Assembly (NCBI GenBank): GCA_947481985.1
Contig: CANKIK010000006.1
Span: 13,382-77,381 of the forward strand
Direction of reading: 5' to 3'
DNA from: Planctomycetaceae bacterium
GTDB lineage: Bacteria > Planctomycetota > Planctomycetia > Pirellulales > UBA1268
DNA length: 64,000 bases
Made by a program: the position numbers and the translations under genes. Under the pieces are notes generated by a model. The model ran no database searches. It was not told the origin of the DNA and saw only the letters and a list, made by a program, of their open reading frames with translations. Each line of letters opens with the position of its first letter. Position 1 is the first letter of the stretch. Positions 8,779-19,775 of the stretch are shown one piece after another.

Positions 8779-10649
8779 GGCGCCGGCGTCTCCGTTACGG
8801 CGGCGGCCTCCGGTTCGGCAGCGGCCGGTTCGGCAGCGGCAGGAGCGGCAGGTTCCGCTGCGGGCAGCGTTTCGTCCCCCGGCATGGCGGTCGCCCCCTG
8901 CCGCTGGCTTCCTGCCAGCAGCGGCAACTGATAACAGACGGCTTCGACGGCGTTCCGCAGGAGAAGTTTGTCGCCGATCACTGCCGGGCTGTTCCAAGTC
9001 TGGTCGGAGAGGGCGTGGAGGCGGGCCAGTTCACGATGGGCCTTGGGAGTCGCCTCGACCAGAACCACATCGCCCGGCTCGGATTGGACGACGAGGAGAT
9101 CGTTGACGCGGAGCAGTTGCCCCTGGTCGTAGCGGCCTCCCTTCCAGGCCCGCTTTCCGTCGGCTGCCCGGACACACTCAAGAATCCCATCGGAAAGCCC
9201 GTAGAGGTGGCCGTCGTGGAAAGCGACGTTGGTGAACTTCGTCTTCAGGCTCCCCTTCGCCCGCCACGCTTCCTTGACTCCCCATGCGCCGTCGGTTGCG
9301 GCAGTATCGGCGCACGCGACATCAAACGCGGCGGCACCGATGCCATAGCCCTTGGAGATAAAGATCCGCTCCGCACCGATCACCACCGGTTGGGTGCAGG
9401 AGGCATCGGAGTTGCTGTGTCCCGACCACGGGAAACGCCACGCCTCGGCATGGTCGGCAGGATCGAAGCCGATCACCTGCGACTCAGTGACCGTGACCAG
9501 GAACGTCTTGCCACCGACGGTCAGCAGACTCGGGCTCACATAACTGATCTGGTCGTCGCCGGCCGTCCAGCGCCGCTCACCCGTGTCTCGCGCGTAGGCG
9601 ACCAGCGCCACCGGCCCATCGGCCCCAGACTTTCCCCTCCGCGGCCCCCCCCCCGGTACGACAACGATGTCGTCGAGGAGCAGCGGCGATCCGGCGCGTC
9701 CCCAGGCGACGGCAGCCTCGTGGCCGGCTGGATCGATCCCCAGATCAGCGATGACGTCCTTTTTCCAGAGCACCTCACCGGTGGCTCCGGCGATGGCATG
9801 GAGCCAGCCGGTGGCCCCGGCGGCGTAGACGACTCCGTCGCGGATCGTCGGCGTCGACCGCGGGCCAACGCCGCCGAGCACCGTCTGGTGGCGGCTGGGC
9901 ACCGTCACCTGCCAGAGTGGTTCGCCAGTGGACAGCGTCAGGCAGGTGATGATCTCGTCGTCGCCGCGTTGTTCAAGGGTCACGGCATGATCCCCCTCGG
10001 TGGCAAAGCCGCTCCAGCCGGCGCCGATCGGCCGCCGCCAGAGTTCCCGGGGAGGACGATCGGTCCAAGCCGGATCGATCGGCGCAGCGATCGCATCTGG
10101 AATCGATGCGTCTCCAGCGGGCCCGAGGAATCGCGAAAAATCCTCTGAAGAAGGCTCCCAACGCGACTTCTCCGCCGCAGGCCCGACCACCACCGGAGCC
10201 AGGAGCCTGTCACGCGACGTCTGCCAGACCCAGCGAAACTCCGGCAGCAGGTCGCCCGAGACCCGTTCGATCCGCAGTGTGGTGAGCCCCAAAGCCACCA
10301 CTCCCAGGAGGCTAAAAGCCACGGCCCACTTCAGCCGCGGCGCGTGCCCACTCTCGCGGAGAAACCAGACCACCGCCGACATCAGCGCCGAAAAGCAGAG
10401 GATCAACGTGATGATATTGCGGACGGCCCCATCGACGACGCCGCCAACGACATGCTCAAGGAGCCCGGCCCGCACCATCAGGGCCGCTGCGGCCAGCGAA
10501 CAGAGCGAGACGATCAATCGCCGTGGCGGTCGGAGGGAAGCCGCCAAGGCAGCCTCCGGAACCGAACGCCCTGCCGCCCCGCGTGGCTGGGCGGAAGTCG
10601 GTGGCTGCGGGGAGGCTTGGGGCTGGGTGTGGGGCTTGCGTCTGGACAT
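8775..10649 (-). CDS. membrane-anchored PQQ-like (BamB-type) beta-propeller repeat protein
   Basis: N-terminal hydrophobic helices (LIVSLCSLAAAALMV, IITLILCFSALMSAVVWFL, VAFSLLGVVALGL), then repeated strand patterns (VVYAAGATGWLHAIAGATGEVLWK, HLYGLSDGILECVRAADGKRAWK). Ala/Glu/Pro-rich tail. Start set at the ATG at 10649 (MSRRKPH...); the ORF extends to a TTG at 10766. Confidence 0.7.
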   Translation of the reverse strand: MSRRKPHTQPQASPQPPTSAQPRGAAGRSVPEAALAASLRPPRRLIVSLCSLAAAALMVRAGLLEHVVGGVVDGAVRNIITLILCFSALMSAVVWFLRESGHAPRLKWAVAFSLLGVVALGLTTLRIERVSGDLLPEFRWVWQTSRDRLLAPVVVGPAAEKSRWEPSSEDFSRFLGPAGDASIPDAIAAPIDPAWTDRPPRELWRRPIGAGWSGFATEGDHAVTLEQRGDDEIITCLTLSTGEPLWQVTVPSRHQTVLGGVGPRSTPTIRDGVVYAAGATGWLHAIAGATGEVLWKKDVIADLGIDPAGHEAAVAWGRAGSPLLLDDIVVVPGGGPRRGKSGADGPVALVAYARDTGERRWTAGDDQISYVSPSLLTVGGKTFLVTVTESQVIGFDPADHAEAWRFPWSGHSNSDASCTQPVVIGAERIFISKGYGIGAAAFDVACADTAATDGAWGVKEAWRAKGSLKTKFTNVAFHDGHLYGLSDGILECVRAADGKRAWKGGRYDQGQLLRVNDLLVVQSEPGDVVLVEATPKAHRELARLHALSDQTWNSPAVIGDKLLLRNAVEAVCYQLPLLAGSQRQGATAMPGDETLPAAEPAAPAAAEPAAAEPEAAAVTETPAP

Positions 10650-10764
10650 CTGTGGGCACCTGACAGGACCGGCTCGAACCAGGCCCGGGCCGTGGGACCG
10701 GGAGGGATTGGGCGAGTTTACCGCTCGTGCAGTTCCCGCGCCCATTGCGATCCGTGGCGCTCCC

Positions 10765-10790
10765 AAAGGCCTCCGCTGAGGAGGCCTTTT
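10765..10790. promoter_or_regulatory. perfect 10-bp stem hairpin followed by a T run in the divergent region upstream of the Cys/Met PLP gene
   Basis: AAAGGCCTCC-gctga-GGAGGCCTTT followed by T, read directly from the sequence. Lies about 70 nt upstream of the ATG at 10861. Confidence 0.4.
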
Positions 10791-10860
10791 CCTTGTGGCA
10801 TCACCGGGGCTGGACTAGACTCCGCCGACGGCCCCATTCCCCCACCACATTGGATTCCCC

Positions 10861-12123
10861 ATGGCCCACTCCGATCCGCACGCCTCCTCCGGCACCTCTC
10901 CTCCAGTGCCCTCCCGTGATCCAGACGCTCTTCTGTTCCGAGGAGTGGGCGTGGGCCCATCCACCGCCGCGGTCCATGCCGGTGAGGCTCGCCAGAAGCC
11001 CGGTTTCTCGATCACCGATCCCATCTTTGCATCGTCGACCTACACCTTCCCCGACACGCGGTCGATCGTCGAATTCATCGAGGAGAAGCAGTGCCGCGAA
11101 GAGTATGGGCGCTACGGTAACCCAGGCGAGCGGGTGGTTGAGGAAAAACTCGCGGCGCTCGATGGCGGCGAGATGGCGGTGCTATTCGCCACCGGCATGG
11201 CAGCCTTGGTGGGGACGCTCATGGCCCACCTCAGCGCCGGTGAGGAGGTAGTGTTCTTTGATGAGTGCTACCACCGCAGCCGCGAGTTTTGCCGCCGGCA
11301 CCTGACCCGCTTCGGGGTCGGTTTCCGCGAGGTGAAGACCGGCGACTATGCCGCCATGGAAGCGGCGATCACACCGCGAACCAAATTCCTGGTCAGCGAG
11401 TCCCCCACCAATCCCCACCTCTCGATCGTCGACTGCGCCGCCTTCGCCGACCTCGGCCGGCGGCACGGCGTGCTGACGCTTATCGATGCCACTCTCTGCA
11501 CTCCCTACAACCTCCGGCCGCTGGAGTCGGGGGTCGACTTCGTGCTCCACTCGGCGACGAAGTATCTCGGTGGCCACAATGACCTGCTCGCAGGCGCCGT
11601 GGCCGGCTCCCGCGAACGACTGGAGCCGGTGCGAAACCTCCGGGGGATCATGGGTGGGATCAATTCCCCGCATAATGCCTACCTCCTCGAGCGGGGTCTG
11701 AAGACCTTCGCCCTGCGGATGGAGCGTCACAACTCCAACGGCTTAACAGTGGCCCGTTTCCTCGAATCACACCCCCGCGTGGAACGCGTCTTCTATCCCG
11801 GACTGGAGAGCCACCCCTACCACGCCATCGCCGCCCGGACGATGTGCGGATACGGAGGCCTCGTCACCTTCCTTCTCAAGGATTCTGACTGGCAGCGGAC
11901 TGCCCGGGTCGTCGATGCCGTCCGCATCCCGCGGATCGGCCCGAGCCTCGGGGGAGTCGAGTCGCTCATCGAGCAGCCGATGGTGATGAGTTACTGGAAC
12001 TATTCCCCCGCTGAACGGCGATCGTTCGGCATTCCGGAGAACATGATCCGGCTGGCGTTGGGCATCGAGGACTCGGCCGATCTCGTGGCCGACCTCGGTC
12101 AGGCTCTCGACAGCACCGTCTGA
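10861..12123 (+). CDS. Cys/Met-metabolism PLP-dependent enzyme (cystathionine gamma-synthase/beta-lyase family)
   Basis: 420 aa. PLP-lysine context HSATKYLGGHNDLLAG, plus ESPTNPHLSIVD and GGVESLIEQP. Confidence 0.85.
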   Translation: MAHSDPHASSGTSPPVPSRDPDALLFRGVGVGPSTAAVHAGEARQKPGFSITDPIFASSTYTFPDTRSIVEFIEEKQCREEYGRYGNPGERVVEEKLAALDGGEMAVLFATGMAALVGTLMAHLSAGEEVVFFDECYHRSREFCRRHLTRFGVGFREVKTGDYAAMEAAITPRTKFLVSESPTNPHLSIVDCAAFADLGRRHGVLTLIDATLCTPYNLRPLESGVDFVLHSATKYLGGHNDLLAGAVAGSRERLEPVRNLRGIMGGINSPHNAYLLERGLKTFALRMERHNSNGLTVARFLESHPRVERVFYPGLESHPYHAIAARTMCGYGGLVTFLLKDSDWQRTARVVDAVRIPRIGPSLGGVESLIEQPMVMSYWNYSPAERRSFGIPENMIRLALGIEDSADLVADLGQALDSTV

Positions 12124-12465
12124 GAGTCGGAATGGCTGAGAGTCGGGCTGGAAAGCAGCGTTGATCCCCCAGCCCTCCCAGCCCAACGGAAGGCAGCGAT
12201 CGGCCTCGTTTGACATTTTTTATCCGACAGACCTGGGCGCGGCAGACTCCCAAGCGAGTGTGCCGTTTTGCCGCAAAGTCCCCCGCGCTCCTCCATTTAC
12301 CCCCATTGCGTCTCGGGACGGCGCAATTCGGGAGGCGTGGGGGGCTTCTACGGATCGCGGCGATTTTCACGGAAGTTCCGGTCGAAAGGATGCCGATACC
12401 GAATCCGACTACAGAAACTCTGACGTCCCCCTTTCCGTCAGGTGTTGCTCTTCGGAGAAGTGTCC

Positions 12466-14547
12466 ATGAACGTCGCGAACGGTTTCCGCCGGGTGATCAG
12501 TTTGGTACTCCTGGCCGTCAGTACGCTAGCGGCGAACGCCCAGGCGCAGTCCGGTGCTGATCGGGAGGCAGCCGATGCCGCAGCCGCTTTGCGTTGGGCG
12601 CCGCACCGAGCAGCCGCAACGGTGACGGAATCTGGCCCGACTCCCACCGCCCCGGCAACTCTCGAGCCGGTGCCGATGGAGGATCAGGAGCTGGCCGCCG
12701 ACATGGTGGAGAGCCAACAGCCCCCCCTGACGCGGGCCCCAGCGAGTTATCGCCTCCCAGGCCCCCGGACAGCCCCAGACGCCGCGGCTGGCGCTGGCAT
12801 GCCTCGTCGCAGCGTTCGCGCTGCTCCTCAACCCGGCCGTGGGGCCCCCGAGCGACCGACCGACGGATCGCGACTTCCGCCTGCGCAAAACCGCGCTCCC
12901 GGAGCGCCACGCGGCACCGCTGCGGGCGACGGCGAAACGTCGCTGTTTGCCATGAACTTCTTCCGCGTTCCTCAAGGGGACGTCGGCCGACCGATTCTCG
13001 CCCGTGAGATCGCCCCGCAGCGGGGAGCGGTTCGTCCTGCGGCCGCCAGCGGCGGAGAATCGTTCCGCCCCAGTCCGCGGCAAGTCGGGGTCAACAACCC
13101 GCGGCTCGCTATGGCACCGGAGGTTGGCTCGTCGGTGATGTCGCGTCCGCCGACGTCCTCGATGCCACGGGCGCGGGTTCCCGCCCGCCGCGTCGCCAAC
13201 CAGCCGACCCCCGCTGGCGAGCTGCCGTCCCCCACAAGCCTGCCCGCCGAATCCTCCCCACGCTCCCGTGGACCGGTGACGATGGGCACTCCTCCACCGG
13301 CGATGGAGGACATGGCTGGCGATGGCGAGCTGTCGTTCGGAGGCTCCGCGGGGGACCTCGGATTCGGCGACATGCCGATGAACATGGGTGACGGCGGAAT
13401 GTCCGACCCGACGCTTGGCGACCCGTCGTTCGGTGGCTACGAAGGTGGCTACGGCGATGGCTACGAAGGCGGCTACGAGGGTGGCTACGGCGACGATGGG
13501 ATGTATGGCGATGCCGGCAGGCAGAGGGGAATGAGGCGTGCGCCGCAAACCTGGAGCGGCGACTACCAGCTCCACATTCCGTCCTTCTTCGACGACCCCT
13601 ACGCCTGCGAGGACAACGAAGCGTGTCCTGGCTGCTCACCAATCTGGGATCAGGATGGCCGGATCTGCGCCTACATGCGGCGTTTCGGCCGGCCCTACTA
13701 CGGCTGGCGGTGGTATCGCGATTTCACTGCCAGCGCCGGCGTGACGTCGTTTCAGAACACCAGCGACCTCGGTATCCATGGCAACTTTGGCTTCAACGAG
13801 TACGCCAACTGGGCGATGCCGTTTTGGAATGCCTTCGGCGTTGGCTGGCAGATGGGCATCCGCGGAGTCCAGGCTGATTTCCAACCCACCCAGGTCCGAG
13901 CCGCCAATGGCAACACCATCTTCAACAACCAGGCTCGCAACCAAGTCTTCTTCACCACCGGATTCTTCACCCGGGCCTTCGAGGGGCGTGGAATCCAGGG
14001 AGGAGCGGTGTGGGACTACCTCCAGAACAACTGGTACGACACCTCAGACCTGAGCCAGGTGCGTGGCGAGTTGAGTTACGTCTGGGGCTACCATGAGTTC
14101 GGTGTCTGGGGCGCCTACAACACGTCGAACTCCGATGGGATTTTCGTCAACGGTTCCCGCGCCCTCACCTACCACGACACCCTCGACGTGTACACCGGCT
14201 TCTACCGGCTGCAATTCGGCGATGCCAATGAGATGAAGATCTGGGGCGGGGTGACCGGCCAAGGGGACACCATCGTTGGAACCCTCGTTCGGGCACCGAT
14301 GTCCCGCAGCTTGGCCCTTGAGGGGACGTTCACCTATCTCATCCCGCGGACGGCAAACACCGTCACGCTGCCAGCCGGCGGTTCGGTGAACTACTCCGAG
14401 CAAGCCTGGAACGTGTCGACAAACCTCGTCTGGTACCCGGCCTGTCGGGCCCGCCGCAGCCTGGCGAGCCCCTATCGTCCGCTGTTCGAAGTGGCCGACA
14501 ACGGCAGCATGATCCAGGCCATCACGGTCACCAGAACGAAGCGCTGA
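12466..14547 (+). CDS. secreted protein: Pro/Ala-rich region, Gly-Tyr-acidic repeats, and an aromatic beta-rich C-terminal domain (possible barrel)
   Basis: Signal peptide MNVANGFRRVISLVLLAVSTLAANAQAQ. GGYEGGYGDGYEGGYEGGYGDDGMYGD tract. C-terminal ~330 aa show alternating aromatic/polar patterns (NFGFNEYANWAMPFWNAFGVGWQMGIRG...). No family named. Confidence 0.6.
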   Translation: MNVANGFRRVISLVLLAVSTLAANAQAQSGADREAADAAAALRWAPHRAAATVTESGPTPTAPATLEPVPMEDQELAADMVESQQPPLTRAPASYRLPGPRTAPDAAAGAGMPRRSVRAAPQPGRGAPERPTDGSRLPPAQNRAPGAPRGTAAGDGETSLFAMNFFRVPQGDVGRPILAREIAPQRGAVRPAAASGGESFRPSPRQVGVNNPRLAMAPEVGSSVMSRPPTSSMPRARVPARRVANQPTPAGELPSPTSLPAESSPRSRGPVTMGTPPPAMEDMAGDGELSFGGSAGDLGFGDMPMNMGDGGMSDPTLGDPSFGGYEGGYGDGYEGGYEGGYGDDGMYGDAGRQRGMRRAPQTWSGDYQLHIPSFFDDPYACEDNEACPGCSPIWDQDGRICAYMRRFGRPYYGWRWYRDFTASAGVTSFQNTSDLGIHGNFGFNEYANWAMPFWNAFGVGWQMGIRGVQADFQPTQVRAANGNTIFNNQARNQVFFTTGFFTRAFEGRGIQGGAVWDYLQNNWYDTSDLSQVRGELSYVWGYHEFGVWGAYNTSNSDGIFVNGSRALTYHDTLDVYTGFYRLQFGDANEMKIWGGVTGQGDTIVGTLVRAPMSRSLALEGTFTYLIPRTANTVTLPAGGSVNYSEQAWNVSTNLVWYPACRARRSLASPYRPLFEVADNGSMIQAITVTRTKR

Positions 14548-14697
14548 CATCCCCGCCCGCGGGAGCCCCGGCCACTGGCCCGTGGGCTTTTTACGGCCAG
14601 AGGGCCCCTGCCGCAGAGGATGATGTTTCTGGTATCCTGCCTGGGTCTTGGGCTCCCACGAACCGAGCCCGCACGTCCCCAGGAAAGTCACCCCCCC

Positions 14698-16935
14698 ATG
14701 CCGGAATCAAACGATCCGTGGGCTTCGCTCGCCGACAACCTTGGCGCCGGATCGGCGCCGGAGCCGGCTCAGCCCTCCCGCCCGACCACACCGCCGCCCC
14801 GCCGGCCTGAGGCGCGGAAACCGGCCGCGGCGGCCCCGCCCCTCCCCTCTGCCGACTGGGGGGACATCGTGTCGGGACTGGGCCTGCAGCCCGATGCTCC
14901 CCCTCCACCGAGAGCCAGTTCCCCTCCCAGGCCTGCGGCGGCCGTTCCACCTGCTCCTCCGACGCAGCGCCCCGAGCAAGGTGCGGCTGATCGCGGACAA
15001 TCGGAATTCGACTTCGATTTTCGTCCCCCCGCGGAGCGATCTGGGGCTGACAGGGGGAGCGAGCGCCCCGCGGCCCGCCGTGACGACACCGTCCGCGACA
15101 CCGCGGACCGAGACAATCCCCCCCGCAGTGGCGAGGCACGGCAGGACCAGGGGCGCCGGGACGACTCCCGCGGCCGCCGCGACGGGCGGGGACGCGGTGA
15201 CAACCGCGGCGGCGGTGAAGCGCGGGTTGGCGGCGAACCGCCCCGTGATCAGCGGCGCCGCGATGATTCCGCAGGGCGATCGGAAGAGCGTCGCGTTGAT
15301 CTCGGCGACCAGCCATCCAGCGAGCGGCGGCCTTCCTCCACCGAGCGGGTTGCGTTGGAACGTGGCTCGGACGACCGCAGGCATGGGGACGACACGGCGG
15401 GCGTGGCCGCGGGCGATCGGGACGGAAGTGGACAGACTTCCGGCGTCCCCCGCGAGGGAGGTGCCGAGGAGCCCCGTCGTGGCCGTCGGCGCCGCGGCAG
15501 ACGCGGCGGGCGTGGCCGCGGGGGCCGCGAGCGTGGCCCCGAGGATGCTCGTGCTGATGGCGTCCGCCCCGAGGGCGCCCGCGGTGATGATGATCCAGTC
15601 CCGGGGCGCAGCGGTTACCTCGATTCCGGGGACGATCTTGGTCCGGAAGCTGGGGTTAGCCGGGAACACGATCGCGATCGAGAGCCATCCCGACCGGCTC
15701 GGCGTGAGCCAGCTTCCGGCCGCAGTTCTCCCCCTGAGGGGCGTGCCCGCCAGGACGAACGGAGCGACCGGGATGAACGTGGCGACCGGGAGCGCCCGCG
15801 GCGGACAGCGAGTCCGCAGACGCCGCGCCCCCCCGTTGAGAACCGGGAGGATGCTTGGGGCGGGATTGATCTTGGCCCCCCGACAACCGCTCGGGCAGTC
15901 GACGGAGGTTCCCTCGACGATGAGAGGCTGCCGCTCGGTGAAGGACGTCGTGAAGGAGATGCGGGGAGCGAGACTCTCGACGGCGACGATCTCTCTGGCC
16001 GCCGTCGGCGACGGCGTGGCCGCCGTGGTGGCCGCCGTCGCAACTCTGCCAACCGGGAACGACTCCGCGAGGAACGACTCTCGACCGAGGGGGACGGGGC
16101 GGGCGGCGCTGACGCTGGTGTGGCCGATCGTGGCGTTGAAGACCTGCACGATGACGACGGCCTGCCGACGGGCTATGGCCGACCAACCACACCGCGAGCC
16201 GATGGTTTGCGCAGTGGAGATGAAGGCGGTTCCCAGGGTGCTGCTGGCGGTTCCCAGGGTGCTGCTGGCGGTTCCCAGGGTACTGCTGGCGGTTCCCAGG
16301 GTACTGCTGGCAGAGGCGGAGAAAGACGGAGCGAAACCGGCCGTGCGGCCGAAGGAGAGGCCCGTGGCCGGCGGCGGCGGCGGGGCGGTGACCGCCGTGA
16401 CGATGCCGGCACAAGGCCGGCCCGTTCAGGAGCCAGCACAGGCCCCCGGACCGGAACGAGCACTGGAGCCCAGACTGGTACCAGTTCTGGAGGCGAGGGG
16501 TCGGAAAGCGGCGGGCGTGGGCGTTCGTCGCGGCGCCGTGGCAGCGGCAGCGGCAGCAGTAGCAGCAGCGGCAGCAGCAGCGGTGGGCGGAGTCGACGGC
16601 CTGAACCTGAACTGCGTCCCACTTCAAGCCTCTCCCGGGGCCGTCGCGATGACTTCGCTCCGGTTGCCGGAGGGTACGACGAAGACGACGAGGGGCTTGA
16701 TTTCCTCGGCATTGAGGATGCCAACCGGGATGACCAACCACGCCGTGAACAACGGCGTCAGGATGACGACGATGACGTGCTCGCCGAAAGCGGCCTCAAC
16801 ACGGTGACTGATGTCCCCAGTTGGGTCGAAGCGATCGGCATCGTGATTGCCGGCAACCTCGACGCCCGAAACCGCCCCCCGCGCAGTGACGAAAACGACC
16901 GGGGCCGTCGTGACAACAATCGCGGCGGGCGTTGA
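14698..16935 (+). CDS. ~745-aa highly charged Arg/Asp/Gly/Glu/Ser-rich low-complexity (disordered) protein with a short ordered-looking C-terminal segment
   Basis: Longest of several open frames over this stretch. Poly-Arg/Gly boxes (RRGRRRRGRRGGRGRGGRERG, GRRRRRRGRRGGRRRN), (GGSQG[AT]A)x4, a Ser/Gly run, and the C-terminal LNTVTDVPSWVEAIGIVIAGNLDAR. Start set at the ATG at 14698 (MPESNDPWASLADNLG); the ORF opens at 14620. Confidence 0.5.
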   Translation: MPESNDPWASLADNLGAGSAPEPAQPSRPTTPPPRRPEARKPAAAAPPLPSADWGDIVSGLGLQPDAPPPPRASSPPRPAAAVPPAPPTQRPEQGAADRGQSEFDFDFRPPAERSGADRGSERPAARRDDTVRDTADRDNPPRSGEARQDQGRRDDSRGRRDGRGRGDNRGGGEARVGGEPPRDQRRRDDSAGRSEERRVDLGDQPSSERRPSSTERVALERGSDDRRHGDDTAGVAAGDRDGSGQTSGVPREGGAEEPRRGRRRRGRRGGRGRGGRERGPEDARADGVRPEGARGDDDPVPGRSGYLDSGDDLGPEAGVSREHDRDREPSRPARREPASGRSSPPEGRARQDERSDRDERGDRERPRRTASPQTPRPPVENREDAWGGIDLGPPTTARAVDGGSLDDERLPLGEGRREGDAGSETLDGDDLSGRRRRRRGRRGGRRRNSANRERLREERLSTEGDGAGGADAGVADRGVEDLHDDDGLPTGYGRPTTPRADGLRSGDEGGSQGAAGGSQGAAGGSQGTAGGSQGTAGRGGERRSETGRAAEGEARGRRRRRGGDRRDDAGTRPARSGASTGPRTGTSTGAQTGTSSGGEGSESGGRGRSSRRRGSGSGSSSSSGSSSGGRSRRPEPELRPTSSLSRGRRDDFAPVAGGYDEDDEGLDFLGIEDANRDDQPRREQRRQDDDDDVLAESGLNTVTDVPSWVEAIGIVIAGNLDARNRPPRSDENDRGRRDNNRGGR
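16225..16308. repeat. 4 x 21-bp in-frame tandem repeat (ggcggttcccagggt[g/a]ctgct) encoding GGSQG(A/T)A
   Basis: Unit boundaries at 16225, 16246, 16267 and 16288 read directly. Units 1-2 differ from units 3-4 by one base. Confidence 0.9.
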
Positions 16936-16953
16936 CGGCCTGCCGTCGACGGC

Positions 16954-17697
16954 TCACTTCATCGAGATCGTCCGCGCCAGCGGCTTGAGGATCTGCTCGA
17001 CTACACAGCTGTCGACCACGTCCTGAGCAATCTGCGCCAAACGGTTGACTGCATCCACATAGGATGTCTGGGGGTCCAGGCTGCCATACTGCCGCGCCGT
17101 GACATAGACGCTCAACTGCTCCTCGGCGAAATCGCCGGTGCGAACCTGGAAGGCGTTGGTCCTCGTCTCGGTGCTGATCCGAACCTGGACGCGACAGTCT
17201 TCGTCGAGCGAAACCGTTAACGAGGGCTCGTAGTTAATCACCCGCCCTCCGGGGATCTCGGCCACCTTATCGAGTGCCAATCCCACTCCCAACGCCTCGG
17301 CAAGGAGCGCGTTGTGATTTCCCCGGTAGGCAAAGTCAAACCCGAACAGCAAGTCGAGCGCCTCGCAGTCAAGCGGGCTGATGGATAACAGCGGGGGCGC
17401 TAGGTCAAGGATCAGGCGGTGCTGGTCAAGAACGGACTCCAGCGAGGAGGGATTGACGTGGCCGGAACAGAGCCGCTTGGACTCGACGGCTGCCCAGCGA
17501 TACCTCCCCTGCTCCTTGTCCTCCTCGAGGACGAAATCCCGCTTGTCGCGGCAATAAAACTTCCGCATCGTGGGATAAGTCTTCTGGACACGCTCGAAGA
17601 AGTGGAGGATCGTGTCCCTCTGGGAAGGGAGTTCCATCTCCGTGGCCAGGTTCATGTTCACGTAAAAGTCGTCGGCCAGCGACGCGTAGGGCGTCAT
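16954..17697 (-). CDS. conserved-looking hypothetical protein (247 aa, globular composition)
   Basis: Clean ATG-to-stop ORF with non-repetitive sequence (MTPYASLADDFYVNMNLATEMELPSQRDTILHFFERVQKTYPTMRKFY...). Visibly lower G+C than its neighbours. Converges on the disordered-protein gene. Confidence 0.65.
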   Translation of the reverse strand: MTPYASLADDFYVNMNLATEMELPSQRDTILHFFERVQKTYPTMRKFYCRDKRDFVLEEDKEQGRYRWAAVESKRLCSGHVNPSSLESVLDQHRLILDLAPPLLSISPLDCEALDLLFGFDFAYRGNHNALLAEALGVGLALDKVAEIPGGRVINYEPSLTVSLDEDCRVQVRISTETRTNAFQVRTGDFAEEQLSVYVTARQYGSLDPQTSYVDAVNRLAQIAQDVVDSCVVEQILKPLARTISMK

Positions 17698-18004
17698 TCG
17701 TGTTCACTCCGAGGCGGAAAGGTCCAGAAAACGAATATACGACCGGTCCGAAGAACATGTCAAAATGGCGGGAATGAACGATGAGGGGGACTTTTCCGGC
17801 GATCTCGGGACCGTCGAGTTCCTTCGCTGGATTTCTAGTTGATGCAGGCGCATAATCCTCCCCCAGATTCGCACTTCGGCTCCGCCCCCTTGCCCTTTGA
17901 GCGTTCAAGACCGCCCGCCCGATTTGCAGGCCATTCCTCCACTGCCCGCTGGATGCCACGCTCCCCACTGACCAAGCACCCCCACCCGTTCCAGGCAGCG
18001 TTCC

Positions 18005-18211
18005 ATGGCCACGTCGATCGACTCCGCTCGCTTTCCGGAGGCTCGCGTGAGCATCGAGAGACGCAGCGACGGAGCGATCGTGGTCCGGGTGAAGTCCGAT
18101 GGCCAAGGAGAGGCGCAACTGCCAGACGCAGTATTCGCTTTCCGTTGCGGGGATCCGCAGTACGCCTACTGGCTTGAACGGCTCAACGCAGCCAGCAACA
18201 TCGGGCAATAA
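18005..18211 (+). CDS. possible small protein (68 aa)
   Basis: ATG start and TAA stop, balanced composition and G/C-biased third positions (MATSIDSARFPEARVSIERRSDGAIVVRVKSDGQGEAQLPDAVFAFRCGDPQYAYWLERL...). No family recognised. Confidence 0.4.
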   Translation: MATSIDSARFPEARVSIERRSDGAIVVRVKSDGQGEAQLPDAVFAFRCGDPQYAYWLERLNAASNIGQ

Positions 18212-18323
18212 GTCCATCCGGCAGGTGAAAAGCCCGCTGTTCCTGTCAGGAACGGATCCTTTCGAAACGGTCTCTGTGGACTCTCGTTCCCCGCGGACCG
18301 ATCCGTCCTTCTTGTGGGAATAA

Positions 18324-19775
<1,452 letters not shown>

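Noticed and set aside
14648-16807. Alternative long ORFs over the disordered-protein locus (719 aa on plus; 480 aa and 361 aa on minus)
   Set aside because: Multiple frames are open simply because of G+C-rich repetitive composition. The 14620/14698-16935 frame is the longest and has defined, non-repetitive termini. The frame choice is still flagged as uncertain in the findings.
16942-16953. 12-bp palindrome GCCGTCGACGGC between two convergent genes as a bidirectional terminator
   Set aside because: The stem is too short, with no loop and no flanking T/A runs, to support an intrinsic terminator call.
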